Notes: a model not told the origin generated them from the sequence alone. 47,951 nt of DNA from a virus (IMGVR_UViG_3300010362_000029:1-47951), one strand, 5' to 3'; numbered from the stretch's first letter, positions 27,226-37,385 are shown. Translations and numbers: made by a program.

Positions 27226-28053
27226 TCATGCCACCGACTTGATGCTGATGGCACGCGCGCGGTTTCGGCGTATGACCAGTCCGGCATACCGCAGCGTGCC
27301 GACGTCCTCGGGCAGCAGTGCCTTGATGCCTTCGCGCGCGGTCGCGTTGCTGTCGGCGGCGTCGCGCGTGCCGGACCAGGTGGTGAGGTGTTCGATCATC
27401 GTGGCGCTCCAGTTGTGCAGGGAGCGCTCGCCTTCGTCGTCGAAGTTGATCGTGCGCCATTGTTCGGGCGGCGTGAGCTTCGGCATCGGCACGACCTCGA
27501 TCGGTGGCGTGAGCGTTTCGACGCATTGCCAGAATTGATCGACACGCAACCACACGAGCGTCTCGTACGTGTGGTCGATGCGGACCTCGATCTCCTGCGG
27601 CGCGGCGCCGCCGTGCACGACGAGCAGCGCCGCGCGGTCGGCGCCGGTGCAGCCCTTCTGCCCGATCAATTGCGGGACGTAGTGGATGATCCAGTCATCG
27701 AGCCGGTTGTGGCCGTCGATCCACTTGCAGTCGATGCACGTGCGATCTTCCGCGCGCCAAGCGTCGAGCGTGCAGCAGAAGAACGGCCGACGTGGGTGGA
27801 CGACGACCTCGCCGCGGCGCGTGAGCTCCTGGCGGGTGCGGCGCTCATGCCAGTCCAGCGCGATCGGTTCGACGTGCGAGCCGAGCGTCATCGCCCAGTT
27901 ATCCGAGAAGTCCTTGGGCTTCCACGACGGATCGCCGATGCACTCCAGCCACTTGTCGTGGATGGCGGCCTCGTCGCCTTCCATCAGGTGTGGCAGGAAG
28001 CTCGCGGTGATCTTCTCCGCGCGCCGCGCGCGCTGCTCGGGTGACAACGTCAT
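27226..28053 (-). CDS. YqaJ / lambda-exonuclease family protein
   Basis: KITAS...MTLGSHVEP...CTLDA...IDCK...YVPQL; adjacent to bet. Confidence 0.8.
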   Translation of the reverse strand: MTLSPEQRARRAEKITASFLPHLMEGDEAAIHDKWLECIGDPSWKPKDFSDNWAMTLGSHVEPIALDWHERRTRQELTRRGEVVVHPRRPFFCCTLDAWRAEDRTCIDCKWIDGHNRLDDWIIHYVPQLIGQKGCTGADRAALLVVHGGAAPQEIEVRIDHTYETLVWLRVDQFWQCVETLTPPIEVVPMPKLTPPEQWRTINFDDEGERSLHNWSATMIEHLTTWSGTRDAADSNATAREGIKALLPEDVGTLRYAGLVIRRNRARAISIKSVA

Positions 28054-28532
28054 GATATGCTTCCTGGTCGCGGCAGCAGCGGCTGCATCTTGCCGTCCTG
28101 GTAGATCGCGGCGACGCGCGGGCGCACGTGGTCGCTGACGGTGCGGCCGTCGGGCAGCATGGTGTAGGGCAAGAACTCGTCCTCGAAGGTGGCGACGTTG
28201 CCGGCGATGGCCTCGAACTTGGCGAGCAGGATCAGGCGCAGAGCGCGCCACGACTGGCGGCAGGCCTGTTCCCAGGCGGCGAGCGCGGCCTCGGGCGCGC
28301 GGCGGTGACGTCCGCCGTGCGAGTGCGTGAACTGCTGCTGGTCGCGGCGCGGCAGCGGGAGTTCGATCATGATGCGGCGGCCGTGCGCCTCGAACATGAT
28401 CATCGCGCGATCGCTGCTGTTCATGAAGGCGGTGCTGGTGGCGCCGTGGCGGATCAGCAGGCGCTCGATCTCAACGCGCGTCTTGGCGACGGGCACTTCG
28501 GTCGTTGCCGCGAATCGAGCGGGGCCGGGCAA
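28050..28532 (-). CDS. Conserved phage hypothetical protein
   Basis: TTEVPVAKTRVEIERLL...RQSWRALRLILLAKFEA...FEDEFLPY; GGAGG RBS before a TTG start. Confidence 0.7.
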   Translation of the reverse strand: MPGPARFAATTEVPVAKTRVEIERLLIRHGATSTAFMNSSDRAMIMFEAHGRRIMIELPLPRRDQQQFTHSHGGRHRRAPEAALAAWEQACRQSWRALRLILLAKFEAIAGNVATFEDEFLPYTMLPDGRTVSDHVRPRVAAIYQDGKMQPLLPRPGSIS

Positions 28533-28844
28533 GATGTCCTCCCGGTGAAACGTCTGGCGATTTGGAATGTGTGATAAGACGGTGAACCGCCTTGAGCTAA
28601 AATGCTACGCCTTGCACAACTTTCGGTCAATACGGATTCGGAGGGTGAAGGAGGTAACAGGAAGTGGTAAAGGCGATTACCGCCCACGCGCGGATATAAC
28701 TTGCCACCGCTATCGCTCGCGGTAAACCGAAGATGACACCGCAACGGGTAGCCATGCGTCATTTACGCACGGGTTGGAAATCCCTGATGAGCTTTTCAGG
28801 GAAACACCCGACCGATCTCTGACCCCGAGGCGGGTCAGAGTTGA

Positions 28845-29495
28845 TCACCGGGAATACTTGCCAACGATTCTGTGGCAGCGCGGCCAACGTTCGCGCGCGA
28901 ACGTCACCGGTTTTGGCCCGCGGTTGCGCTGGAGAAGTATCCAGGCGCTGTCGGTAACCTTCTCCAGGCGACCGACGACGACGGTGCGATCGGTATCTGA
29001 TTGCCGATTGGTCGGGAGCGTTTCCGACAGCAGCACGTCCTTGCCCGGTTCGGGCGGAAGATGTGGGTTTATCAACAGGGTGTCGCCCAGTTCGAAAACG
29101 GGCGACATGGCCTCCGTCGATACCAAGACTGCGAAGGCTTCTTTGACTGTCATGAGCGGTGCCGGCCGCAATGTGTAGGCGATAGGTTCCGCCGTTAAGA
29201 CCATATCCCACCCCGCCTGCGTGCTTCCGTAGACCGGCAGATCGCGCTCGCCAAACAAAGGCTCTCGCGATCCCGCGTTGTCACCCGCGGGGTGCGCTGC
29301 CGCTGTGCCTTCGGGTAGCATGTTGACGATACCAAGACGTTTCGCGATAGGGAACAAGTATCGCGAGAACTTGATTTCCCCGCGCTCGATCTTGTCGATG
29401 GTCTGCATATGGGCTCCGACGGCGCGTGCCAATTGCTGCTGGCTTAGACCCAACTCTTTGCGCCTTCGGCGGATTTGTTGCCCATGGTCTGTCAT
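28845..29495 (-). CDS. CI-like repressor (XRE HTH + S24 domain)
   Basis: IRRRRKELGLSQQQLARAVG HTH; AMSPVFELGDTLLINP. Confidence 0.9.
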   Translation of the reverse strand: MTDHGQQIRRRRKELGLSQQQLARAVGAHMQTIDKIERGEIKFSRYLFPIAKRLGIVNMLPEGTAAAHPAGDNAGSREPLFGERDLPVYGSTQAGWDMVLTAEPIAYTLRPAPLMTVKEAFAVLVSTEAMSPVFELGDTLLINPHLPPEPGKDVLLSETLPTNRQSDTDRTVVVGRLEKVTDSAWILLQRNRGPKPVTFARERWPRCHRIVGKYSR

Positions 29496-29644
29496 AACAC
29501 GTACCTCCGCCCCACCGTTTTTGACACCGAATCATATCAGGCCGATGTCTCACCTTGCATCACTTTTGCTCAACTTGGCTAATATGTAGCGGTGAAGGAA
29601 AATCCGGTTGGCACCTGCCGGTCGGGTGGTAGGGTGGACGTTCC
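29496..29644. promoter_or_regulatory. Divergent cI/cro control region
   Basis: AT-richer intergenic stretch between divergent HTH genes; individual operators not resolved. Confidence 0.6.
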
Positions 29645-29914
29645 ATGTCACCCCGCCGTCACATCCAGCGCGCGATCACGTTCTTTGGCTCGGAGCGAAA
29701 GCTCGCGGAGGCGATCAGCGTTTCGCAGCACGCAGTGTGGCGAGCAAAGAGGGCTGGTCGGCCGACGCCGGAGATGGCAGTGGCGATCGATCTGGCGACC
29801 GGCGGCAAGGTTTCCCGCTTCGATCTGCGCCCGGACGTGTTCGTGCGCAACGTGGCGGCTCAGCGCAAGCAGTACGCGGCAGCGAACGGCGGAGGACGGC
29901 TCGCTGCTGCCTGA
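29645..29914 (+). CDS. Cro/YdaS-like regulator
   Basis: AITFFGSERKLAEAISVSQHAV...IDLATGGKVSRFDLRPDVF. Confidence 0.88.
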   Translation: MSPRRHIQRAITFFGSERKLAEAISVSQHAVWRAKRAGRPTPEMAVAIDLATGGKVSRFDLRPDVFVRNVAAQRKQYAAANGGGRLAAA

Positions 29915-29962
29915 ACGAGGAGGCCGCGCCATACGCGGCCCCGCGCCGGGAGTCTTTCGCTC

Positions 29963-30388
29963 ATGGCGGAAGCGCGCCAACTGAATCTGTTCGCCGGCCG
30001 TCGCCAGCGCGGCGTCGCTCCTCCTCCCGCATCCGAGTTTTCCCTTCAATGCATGGTCGCTGACACGCTGCGCCGCTGGCAGGTGCCGGGCTGGCTGTGG
30101 ACGCACATGCCGATGGGCGAACTGCGGCAACCGATCACGGCGGCGCGCCTCAAGCGCATGGGCGTGACACCGGGATGGCCCGACTTCCTGCTGCTGGCGC
30201 CGGGAGGTCGGGCACATTTTCTCGAGCTCAAGCGGCGCAAGCTCGGCCGGCTGACCGATGAGCAGGCGGCGTTCGGCCTGTGGTGCGAATGCAATCATTG
30301 TCCGCACGCTGTCGTCGACACCTACCCCGCCGCCATCGACGTGTTGAAGCAATGGGGCGCGGTGCGCGCCGGTTGGTCAACGTGGTGA
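29963..30388 (+). CDS. VRR-NUC-like nuclease
   Basis: LKRMGVTPGWPDF...FLELK...GRLTDEQ. Confidence 0.8.
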   Translation: MAEARQLNLFAGRRQRGVAPPPASEFSLQCMVADTLRRWQVPGWLWTHMPMGELRQPITAARLKRMGVTPGWPDFLLLAPGGRAHFLELKRRKLGRLTDEQAAFGLWCECNHCPHAVVDTYPAAIDVLKQWGAVRAGWSTW

Positions 30389-30395
30389 TTAGAAA

Positions 30396-31520
30396 ATGAA
30401 ACGCGAAGATGCCGAGGAATTCACGCAGGCGCTTGGGCAGATCGTCGCCGGCTCGTGGCGACAAATCGCGATGGCGAAACGGCTCGGTGTCCCGAAGGCG
30501 CTAGGGCTGACGGTCGATCAATGGGTCAATGATCGGCTCGGCGGTTACGTTCGACATTCGGTCGCCGAACGTCGCGAAGCGGTGAAGGAACTGGCAGCGG
30601 AAGGGATGTCGCAACGCGAGATCGGTGGCGTGCTCGGGGTCAACGAGGCGACAGTAAATCGCGATCTGCATAGCGTTGCAAATGCAACACCGCAGGACGA
30701 AACATCCTCAGAGAAAGCGGATAGGGCAGAGGCGCCTGTTGCAAATGCAACACCGCCGCCACTCGACGCTGTCGCTGCGCTGGTGGCCGACGAGAAGATG
30801 CGCAAGACGGCCGAGGCGGCGGCGGCAAAGGCGGCGCGCGAGCAAGATCGGAAGGCTGAGCGCGAGATCGCGCCGACGCTGCCGGATGTCGGCGAGCAAT
30901 ACCGGCTGATCCTGGCAGACTTCCAAACAGCGGACGTCGAACCTGCGAGCCTCGACTGCATCATTACCGATCCGCCGTATTCGGGCGAGGCGGTCGATCT
31001 CTATGCGCGGCTCGCGCGGTGCGCTGGCCGCTGGCTCAAGCCGGGCGGGTCGCTCGTTGCGATGGCGGGGCAAGCGCACCTGCCGAAAGTGCTCGCCGCG
31101 CTGGGCTCGGCCGATCTCATCTACCAGTGGACCGTCGCGTATCTGACGCCGGGCGGCCAGGCGGTACAGATTTTTCCACGGCGCGTGAACACGTTCTGGA
31201 AGCCGGTGTTCTGGTTCGTCAAAGGCGAGTTTGCCGGCGAGTGGATCGGCGACGTTGCGCGCAGCGACGTGAACGACAACGACAAGCGCTTCCACGATTG
31301 GGGGCAGTCGGAGAGCGGCATAGCCGATCTCATGCACCGCTTCACCAAACCCGGCGACACCATCGGCGATCCATTTTTGGGCGGCGGGACCACCGGCGTC
31401 GTGGCGCTAGCAATGGGCCGACGATTTGTCGGCATCGAGCGTGACGCTGACATTTTTGCGACGGCGAAGTGCCGGATCGCGGAGCGAGAAAATGAGTTTC
31501 GATTGCAACGGCGTGCGTAA
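30396..31520 (+). CDS. N4/N6 DNA methyltransferase with N-terminal HTH
   Basis: IITDPPY precedes DPFLGGGTT (beta-class motif order); GMSQREIGGVLGV HTH. Confidence 0.88.
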   Translation: MKREDAEEFTQALGQIVAGSWRQIAMAKRLGVPKALGLTVDQWVNDRLGGYVRHSVAERREAVKELAAEGMSQREIGGVLGVNEATVNRDLHSVANATPQDETSSEKADRAEAPVANATPPPLDAVAALVADEKMRKTAEAAAAKAAREQDRKAEREIAPTLPDVGEQYRLILADFQTADVEPASLDCIITDPPYSGEAVDLYARLARCAGRWLKPGGSLVAMAGQAHLPKVLAALGSADLIYQWTVAYLTPGGQAVQIFPRRVNTFWKPVFWFVKGEFAGEWIGDVARSDVNDNDKRFHDWGQSESGIADLMHRFTKPGDTIGDPFLGGGTTGVVALAMGRRFVGIERDADIFATAKCRIAERENEFRLQRRA

Positions 31521-31956
31521 GGAGCGCAGTGGCTGGCGCGACCTGGAGCTCAGCTTGCGGCATCGGCAGTGGGGCTTCAATTGCCCGGCTGTCGATCTCG
31601 ACTTTCTGATGGTCGAGTACAACCTCGGGAAGCCTGTCGGCCTCGTTGACTACAAAGTCTACGTGGTGCCGACGCCGAATTTGCAGCATCCCACGTACCG
31701 AGCGCTCACGGAGCTGGCTGACATTGCAGGCCTGCCGTTCCTGCTGGCGTTTTACTGGCCGGAGATATGGGCGTTCAGAATTGTGCCGGTTAACGCTGTC
31801 GCCAGGGAAGCATTCGTCGAGAGCGAGATGCTGACCGAACGGCAATTTGTCAGCCGCTTGTATCGGCTGCGGCGGCTCTGCCTCGCCAAGCATCTCGAAT
31901 CGAATCTGCTCGACATTCTGCCGGACGCTACGAACGCGTGGCTATACGAGGTGTGA
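31492..31956 (+). CDS. Hypothetical protein, possible PD-(D/E)xK fold
   Basis: DLDFLMVEY...GLVDYK. Confidence 0.5.
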   Translation: MSFDCNGVRKERSGWRDLELSLRHRQWGFNCPAVDLDFLMVEYNLGKPVGLVDYKVYVVPTPNLQHPTYRALTELADIAGLPFLLAFYWPEIWAFRIVPVNAVAREAFVESEMLTERQFVSRLYRLRRLCLAKHLESNLLDILPDATNAWLYEV

Positions 31957-31957
31957 A

Positions 31958-32278
31958 ATGATGACGCAGATCTGCGAGCGCTGCGGCCGTCCTTTGCGCC
32001 TCGGCGTGGCGCTGTCACCGCTCAAAGCGCGGCTGTTCGACGTGATCGAGCGCGCAGGACCTGAAGGGATCAGCGGCGACGATTTGTTCGCCATCGTTTT
32101 TGCCGAGCGGCGGGCCTCGCGCATGTCGGGGCTCAAGTCGCACGTCTGGCAGATCAACGTCGCGGTCGCGGCGACCGGTTACCGCATCGACGGGCGCGGG
32201 GGCTTCTTCCGATTGATCGGACCGGAGCACAGGAGAACGAACGATGGAGACGTATTACTGGGGCTATCGCGATCGTGA
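31958..32278 (+). CDS. Small CxxC + winged-helix-like protein
   Basis: CERCG...LFDVIERAGPEGIS...KSHVWQIN. Confidence 0.55.
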   Translation: MMTQICERCGRPLRLGVALSPLKARLFDVIERAGPEGISGDDLFAIVFAERRASRMSGLKSHVWQINVAVAATGYRIDGRGGFFRLIGPEHRRTNDGDVLLGLSRS

Positions 32279-32606
32279 CGACACCGCGGAGGTTCGACGT
32301 GGAACTGGTGGAGCGGGACACCTGCTGCGTCTGCGGCTCGACCTTGACAATCATTCGCCGTCTGGATTCGAGTGGGGCTATGGTGGCAGCGGCCCCTCGC
32401 AGTTGGCGCTCGCCATTCTCGCCGACACGCTGCATGACGACGCGAAGGCGCTGCGGCTGCATCAGCGCTTCAAGTGGCGGGTCATCGCCAAGCTGTCGCG
32501 CGAACGCTGGCAACTGAAACAATCCGAAGTGCTGGAGCATGTCCGCGCCATCGAGCTGGCGCTGGCGGTTGAGGACGAGGCGCGCTGGCTGGCGGGCGGT
32601 GCGTGA
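32244..32606 (+). CDS. DUF6166-like protein
   Basis: NHSPSGFEWGYGGSGPSQLALAILAD. Confidence 0.75.
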   Translation: METYYWGYRDRDDTAEVRRGTGGAGHLLRLRLDLDNHSPSGFEWGYGGSGPSQLALAILADTLHDDAKALRLHQRFKWRVIAKLSRERWQLKQSEVLEHVRAIELALAVEDEARWLAGGA

Positions 32607-33580
32607 TGGATGCGGCGGACCTCGCGCGCGCACTCGGCGGCAAGAAGGCGGGGCGGCAATGGCGCTGCCGTTGTCCTGCCCACGCCGATCATGATCCGAG
32701 CCTGATCGTGTTTGACGGCAGGCAGACGGTGCAGGTGCGCTGTTTGGCCGGGTGCGCGCCCGAGGACGTGATTGCGGCGTGTCGGCAATTGCATGTGTGG
32801 GAGGACAGCGATGCCGATCTGGAGCGGGAGCGTCGGCGCCTGGAGCGGGAAAAGCGTTTGCGTGAGCGCGAAGCGAAGCGGGCGGCGGAGGAAGCGGAGG
32901 CGCGGGCGCTGGCATTGGCGATATGGAACGAGGCGGTGCCGGCGCTCGGGACACCGGTGGAGACGGTCTATCTCGGCTGGTGGCGGTGCGTCGAGGTTCC
33001 CGGATCTGCGCGCGAGCAGCTGCTGACCCAGGTGCTGCGGTTTCATCCGTGTTGTCCGCGGCGGCGCGAACGGGCGCCGGCGATGGTGGCATTGATGCGC
33101 TCGGTGCACCGGGATGTGCCGGTCGGCGTGCACCGCACGTATTTCGATACACAGTGGCGCAAGGTTGGCGTGCCGATGATGCTTGGCACGGCGGGCGCGA
33201 TCAAGTTGACTCCACACGCGGCGACGTTTGGCGAGGAGTTCGCGTACTGCTCGCGGCTTCACGTCACCGAGGGAATTGAGACCGGCCTGACGCAATTGTG
33301 CTGTGGGCACGCGCCGGTGTGGGCGCTCGGCTCGGCCGGCGCGATCGAGCGATTTCCGGTGCTATTCGCGGTGGGCGAGTTGTGCGTCTGGGCTGATCTC
33401 GATTGGCCGACGTCGCGCGGCTACGGCGAGTTTGAGAACGCGGGACCGGGCGAGCGGGCGGCAGCGATCTGCATCGCGCGCTGGCAGGCGGAAGGCAAGC
33501 AGGCATTTGGGTTGATGCCGCGGCCACCGGCCGACGAGTTTGATGCGCTCGACTTCAACGACCTGGTTCGGGTGGCGTGA
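32603..33580 (+). CDS. Primase (Zn finger + Toprim)
   Basis: CPAHADHDPSL...CLAGC; GVHRTY; EGIETG; ADLD; DFND. Confidence 0.85.
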   Translation: MMDAADLARALGGKKAGRQWRCRCPAHADHDPSLIVFDGRQTVQVRCLAGCAPEDVIAACRQLHVWEDSDADLERERRRLEREKRLREREAKRAAEEAEARALALAIWNEAVPALGTPVETVYLGWWRCVEVPGSAREQLLTQVLRFHPCCPRRRERAPAMVALMRSVHRDVPVGVHRTYFDTQWRKVGVPMMLGTAGAIKLTPHAATFGEEFAYCSRLHVTEGIETGLTQLCCGHAPVWALGSAGAIERFPVLFAVGELCVWADLDWPTSRGYGEFENAGPGERAAAICIARWQAEGKQAFGLMPRPPADEFDALDFNDLVRVA

Positions 33581-34998
33581 TGGCGGATGACGAGGACGAC
33601 AACGTCATCCCGATCAAGCCGGCGCCGGCCTACGCGGTACCGGGTTGGGTGCCGACTGGCGAGACAATGCTGATGGAGTTTGAGCGGAGGCACGGCGATG
33701 AAATCCGTTTTGTCGGGCCGTGGGGCAAGTGGTTGATCTGGCGTGACGGCGCGTGGCGCGAGGACGTGACGAACCGGGTGCTCGACATGGCGGGGTTTCT
33801 GGCACGCGACATTGGCACGTCGTCGAAGAAGAGGAGTACGCGCATGGCTGTCGAAGCAACGCGCACGGTATCGTCGCTTGAGCGGCGGGCGCGCGGATCG
33901 CAGCTGCTGGCGGCGCGGGTGGAGGAATGGGATGTCGACCGCATGCTGCTCAACGGGCCGAAGGGGACGGTCGACCTGTCGAGCGGCGCCACGCGCGGGC
34001 ATAAGCGCGAGGACCATTGCACGATGCAGACGGCAGTGTCGCCGGACGAGCGGCCGCCGCTGCGCTGGCTCACGTTTCTGCAGCGCGTCACCGGCAACAA
34101 CACCGAGCTCATCGCCTTCTTGCAGCGTGTGTGTGGCTACTGCCTGACCGGGCAGGCGCACGAGCAGTGCGTTTTTTTTATTTGGGGCCCAGGCGGCAAC
34201 GGGAAGGGCACGTTCGTCCACACAATCACTGGCATCATGGGTGGCTACGCGCGCACGGCGGCGGTGGAGACATTTGTCGATACGAAGTACGACCGCCATC
34301 CGGAGGAGCTCGCGGTGCTGTTCGGCGCGCGGCTGGTGACGGCGACCGAGACCGAGGAGGGGCGGTCGTGGAATGAGGCGCGGATCAAGGCGGTGACCGG
34401 CTGCGATCCGGTGCGCGTGCGTTTGATGCGGCAGGATTCGTTCGAGTATGTGCCGCAGTACAAGCTGATCATCACGGGCAACAAGAAGCCGGCGTTCAAG
34501 TCGGTTGATCGGGCGGTGCAGCGGCGTTTCCACATCATTCCGTTCACGGTGGAGATCAGCGACGCCGAGCGTGACAAACTGCTCGACGAGCATCTCAAGG
34601 CAGAGTGGCCAGCGATCCTCGGCTGGATGGTCCAGGGCGCGCGCGAATGGCTGGCGAAGGGTTTGGCGCCGCCGGCAATCGTGACCGAATCGACGACGGA
34701 ATACCTCGAGACAGAGGACGCAGTCGGCGAGTGGCTCAACGAGTGTTGCGACAAGCTGCGTGACACGTTCACACCGTCGTCGGCGCTGTTCGGTTCGTGG
34801 AAGCAATGGGCGGACGCGCGCGGCGAGCGCGCCGGGAAAATCCGCACGTTCGTGCAGAACCTGCAGGGGCGCGGCTACGTGCTGACGCGTACCAGCCGCG
34901 AGCGCGGCTTCCGTGACCTGATCGTCACGCCGGCGAAGAAGCGGCCAGCCGATGACAGCGGGCGCGATTACGGCGATCTGTACGGGGACGAGCAATGA
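33577..34998 (+). CDS. D5/P4-family SF3 helicase
   Basis: Walker A GPGGNGKGT; GARLVTATE; IKAVTGCD; RRFHIIPF. Confidence 0.92.
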   Translation: MMADDEDDNVIPIKPAPAYAVPGWVPTGETMLMEFERRHGDEIRFVGPWGKWLIWRDGAWREDVTNRVLDMAGFLARDIGTSSKKRSTRMAVEATRTVSSLERRARGSQLLAARVEEWDVDRMLLNGPKGTVDLSSGATRGHKREDHCTMQTAVSPDERPPLRWLTFLQRVTGNNTELIAFLQRVCGYCLTGQAHEQCVFFIWGPGGNGKGTFVHTITGIMGGYARTAAVETFVDTKYDRHPEELAVLFGARLVTATETEEGRSWNEARIKAVTGCDPVRVRLMRQDSFEYVPQYKLIITGNKKPAFKSVDRAVQRRFHIIPFTVEISDAERDKLLDEHLKAEWPAILGWMVQGAREWLAKGLAPPAIVTESTTEYLETEDAVGEWLNECCDKLRDTFTPSSALFGSWKQWADARGERAGKIRTFVQNLQGRGYVLTRTSRERGFRDLIVTPAKKRPADDSGRDYGDLYGDEQ

Positions 34999-35020
34999 CA
35001 ACGCGTGCGAGGGTGTAGGC

Positions 35021-35554
35021 TTGTACAAGAAGGCATCCGAGAACGCGCAGAGCCGGGCCGTGCGCAGCGTCGTCGAGGCGACGCGCAACGAGCACGGCGT
35101 CGATCCGCTGGTGTGGCTGGCGGATGCCAAGGCGAAGCGCGCGGCGCTGGTCGAGCGCATCAACGGCCTCACGTTCCAGCTCGCTTCGTTCAACCGGCAG
35201 CTGGGCGGGAAGGTCTATGGCTCGTTCGCCCACGCATTGCGCGACAAGTTGCGGGAGAAGCGCGATGCGCTGCGCGAGGAGTTGGCGGCCGCGCATGTCG
35301 AGCTCACCGCGGTCAACGCGGCGATCGGCGCGCAGAAGCGCGAGCTCGGGTTCCAGGACAAGGTCCAGTCGCGGCGCGAGGCGAAGGAGGAAGCGGAGCG
35401 GTCGTTCGAGCGCGAGTTCTTCGAGATGGCGCGGCGGATGCTCGCCAAGGACGTGTTCGACCGGATCGTGGTTGCGACAATCCATGCGGTGGGCGAGCGC
35501 GGCGACGCCGCGGCGCTGGACGCGATCGCGCGGCGGCGAAAGGTCGGGCGATGA
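35021..35554 (+). CDS. Coiled-coil hypothetical protein
   Basis: Helical ORF filling the gap between helicase and methyltransferase; TTG start is tentative. Confidence 0.55.
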   Translation: MYKKASENAQSRAVRSVVEATRNEHGVDPLVWLADAKAKRAALVERINGLTFQLASFNRQLGGKVYGSFAHALRDKLREKRDALREELAAAHVELTAVNAAIGAQKRELGFQDKVQSRREAKEEAERSFEREFFEMARRMLAKDVFDRIVVATIHAVGERGDAAALDAIARRRKVGR

Positions 35555-36747
35555 GGGCGGCGACGCTGTTCAGCGGGATCGGCGCGCCGGAGGTGGCGAT
35601 GCCTTCCTGGCGCTGGCTGTGGTGTGCGGAGCTCGAGCGGTTCGCGTGCGCGGTGCTGGCGGCGCGGCATTCCGCGACGCCGAACATGGGAGACGTGACG
35701 GATGACGATTTCCTCGAGCGAGCGGCGGCCGCTGGCCGTCCAGATGTCATTGTTTTCGGATCACCATGCCAGGACTTCAGCGTCGCCGGCGGTCGTCTCG
35801 GCCTGGTTGGCGCGCGCGGCAACCTCACGCTTGTTGCCCTGGGAATTGTTGCACGACTTGAGCCCCGTTGGTTCGTTGTCGAGAACGTACCCGGTCTGTT
35901 GTCTTCCGCCGGCGGGCGCGACTTCGGGCTTTTCCTGCGAGCGGTGGATGACGCAGGGTATTGTGGCGCGTGGGCAGTGCTGGACGCGCAGTGGTTCGGC
36001 GTGGCGCAGCGGCGCGAGCGCGTGTTCTTTGTCGGACATGCTGGAGACTGGCGCGGTCCTGCCGCGGTACTTCTTGAGCCCGAGGGCCTGTGCGGGGATT
36101 CTCCGCCGCGCCGCGGCGCGGGGGCGGGAGTTGCCGAGTCCCTTGCGAGCCGCGCTGGCGGTGGCGGCTGGCCGGACGGCGGCGACGGCAGGCGCAATCA
36201 ACTGATCGCCGAGGTTGCCGATCTGATCTCCGGCAGCGAGGCCCATACCTACACGCATGAGGGCAAGGGCAATTTTCGGCTGCACAACGTCGTCGACCAG
36301 GCGCTGGCGTTCGGCGGCAACGACACGCGCGGGCCGATCGAGGTGGCGACGGCGCGCAACGGGCATCACGGCCCGCACGGGCGGCTGGACTTCGAGAGCG
36401 AGACGTTCGCGGTGTGCCACGCCCGCGTGCGGCGGTTGACGCCGCGCGAGTGCGAGCGGCTGCAGGGGTTTCCCGACGACTACACGCTGGTGACCTATCG
36501 CCGCCGGCCGGCGGCGGACGGGCCGCGCTACCGGGCGCTTGGCAACGCGATGGCGGTGCCGGTGATGCGGTGGATCCTGCGGCGCCTTGAGGCGGTCGAC
36601 GCGATCATGCGCGAGGACTGCCTGGGGCGGGCGCTGGTGGGCGATTCTGGTGCCCGGGCTCCTGCGGCGGCGGCGTTGATTGCGCGCAAGGACGAGGCGC
36701 GCTGCGCGGGCGGCGGGCATCCTGGTGGCGGCAAGGCGGTGCGGTGA
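35551..36747 (+). CDS. C5 DNA cytosine methyltransferase
   Basis: LFSGIG, GSPCQDFS, ENVPG, QRRERVF, RRLTPRECERLQGFP and GNAMAVPV. Confidence 0.93.
   Translation: MRAATLFSGIGAPEVAMPSWRWLWCAELERFACAVLAARHSATPNMGDVTDDDFLERAAAAGRPDVIVFGSPCQDFSVAGGRLGLVGARGNLTLVALGIVARLEPRWFVVENVPGLLSSAGGRDFGLFLRAVDDAGYCGAWAVLDAQWFGVAQRRERVFFVGHAGDWRGPAAVLLEPEGLCGDSPPRRGAGAGVAESLASRAGGGGWPDGGDGRRNQLIAEVADLISGSEAHTYTHEGKGNFRLHNVVDQALAFGGNDTRGPIEVATARNGHHGPHGRLDFESETFAVCHARVRRLTPRECERLQGFPDDYTLVTYRRRPAADGPRYRALGNAMAVPVMRWILRRLEAVDAIMREDCLGRALVGDSGARAPAAAALIARKDEARCAGGGHPGGGKAVR
35702..36205 (+). CDS. Nested alternative-frame ORF inside the C5 methyltransferase (possible beta subunit)
   Basis: 167-aa +1 frame ORF ending SLSDMLETG...RYFLSPRACAGILRRAAARG; GGAG upstream of a GTG start. 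Confidence 0.5.
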   Translation: MTISSSERRPLAVQMSLFSDHHARTSASPAVVSAWLARAATSRLLPWELLHDLSPVGSLSRTYPVCCLPPAGATSGFSCERWMTQGIVARGQCWTRSGSAWRSGASACSLSDMLETGAVLPRYFLSPRACAGILRRAAARGRELPSPLRAALAVAAGRTAATAGAIN

Positions 36748-37385
36748 TGTTTGCCTATGCGAGCAGCACCGGAAATCGGCGGAATCTGGCGGGGCTGCGG
36801 GCGGCGGGGTGGGGGATCATGGTGTCGGCGAAGGGGCGCAACGGGTCGAACGGGTTTGCGCGGTGGGCTTTCGACAATGGGGCGTGGTGGGCCTATGCGA
36901 ATGGCGAAGCATTTGATGAGCGGGCGTTTTTGCGTGGGTACGCGCGCTATGCGGCGGGCGCCGATTTTGCGGTGCTGCCGGACATTGTTGCTGGCGGGCG
37001 GCGGTCGCTTGAATTTTCGCTGGCGTGGCGGGCGCGGCTTGGAGCGCCGGTGTGTCCGTTGATGCTGGCGGTGCAGGACGGGATTGCGCCGGCGGATGTT
37101 GCGGCGGTGGTTGGTCCCGAGCTTGGCGTGTTCGTTGGCGGGAGCACTGAGTGGAAGGAGCGCACGCTTGCCGGGTGGGGTCGCCTGGCGCGCGAGTGCG
37201 CGGCGCGGCTGCATGTCGGGCGGGTGAACACGGCGCGGCGGATTCATCTGTGCATGGCGGCTGGCGCCGACAGTTTCGACGGGTCGAGTGCGTCGCGATA
37301 TGCGGTGAATCTGTCGCTGTTGGACAACGCGCGGCGCCAACCCGACCTGCTGGCGCGTTTGGAGGTGCTGCCATGTACGCGGTGA
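36744..37385 (+). CDS. DpdA/TGT-like DNA deazaguanine transglycosylase candidate
   Basis: FDNGAW, LPDIV, AVQDG, FVGGS, HVGRVNT and DSFDGS in TGT-barrel-like order; directly upstream of queE and queD. Confidence 0.6.
   Translation: MMFAYASSTGNRRNLAGLRAAGWGIMVSAKGRNGSNGFARWAFDNGAWWAYANGEAFDERAFLRGYARYAAGADFAVLPDIVAGGRRSLEFSLAWRARLGAPVCPLMLAVQDGIAPADVAAVVGPELGVFVGGSTEWKERTLAGWGRLARECAARLHVGRVNTARRIHLCMAAGADSFDGSSASRYAVNLSLLDNARRQPDLLARLEVLPCTR

Noticed and set aside
30396-31956. Type II restriction-modification pair
   Set aside because: The nuclease call for 31492-31956 rests on one weak motif, and orphan methyltransferases are common in phage replication operons.
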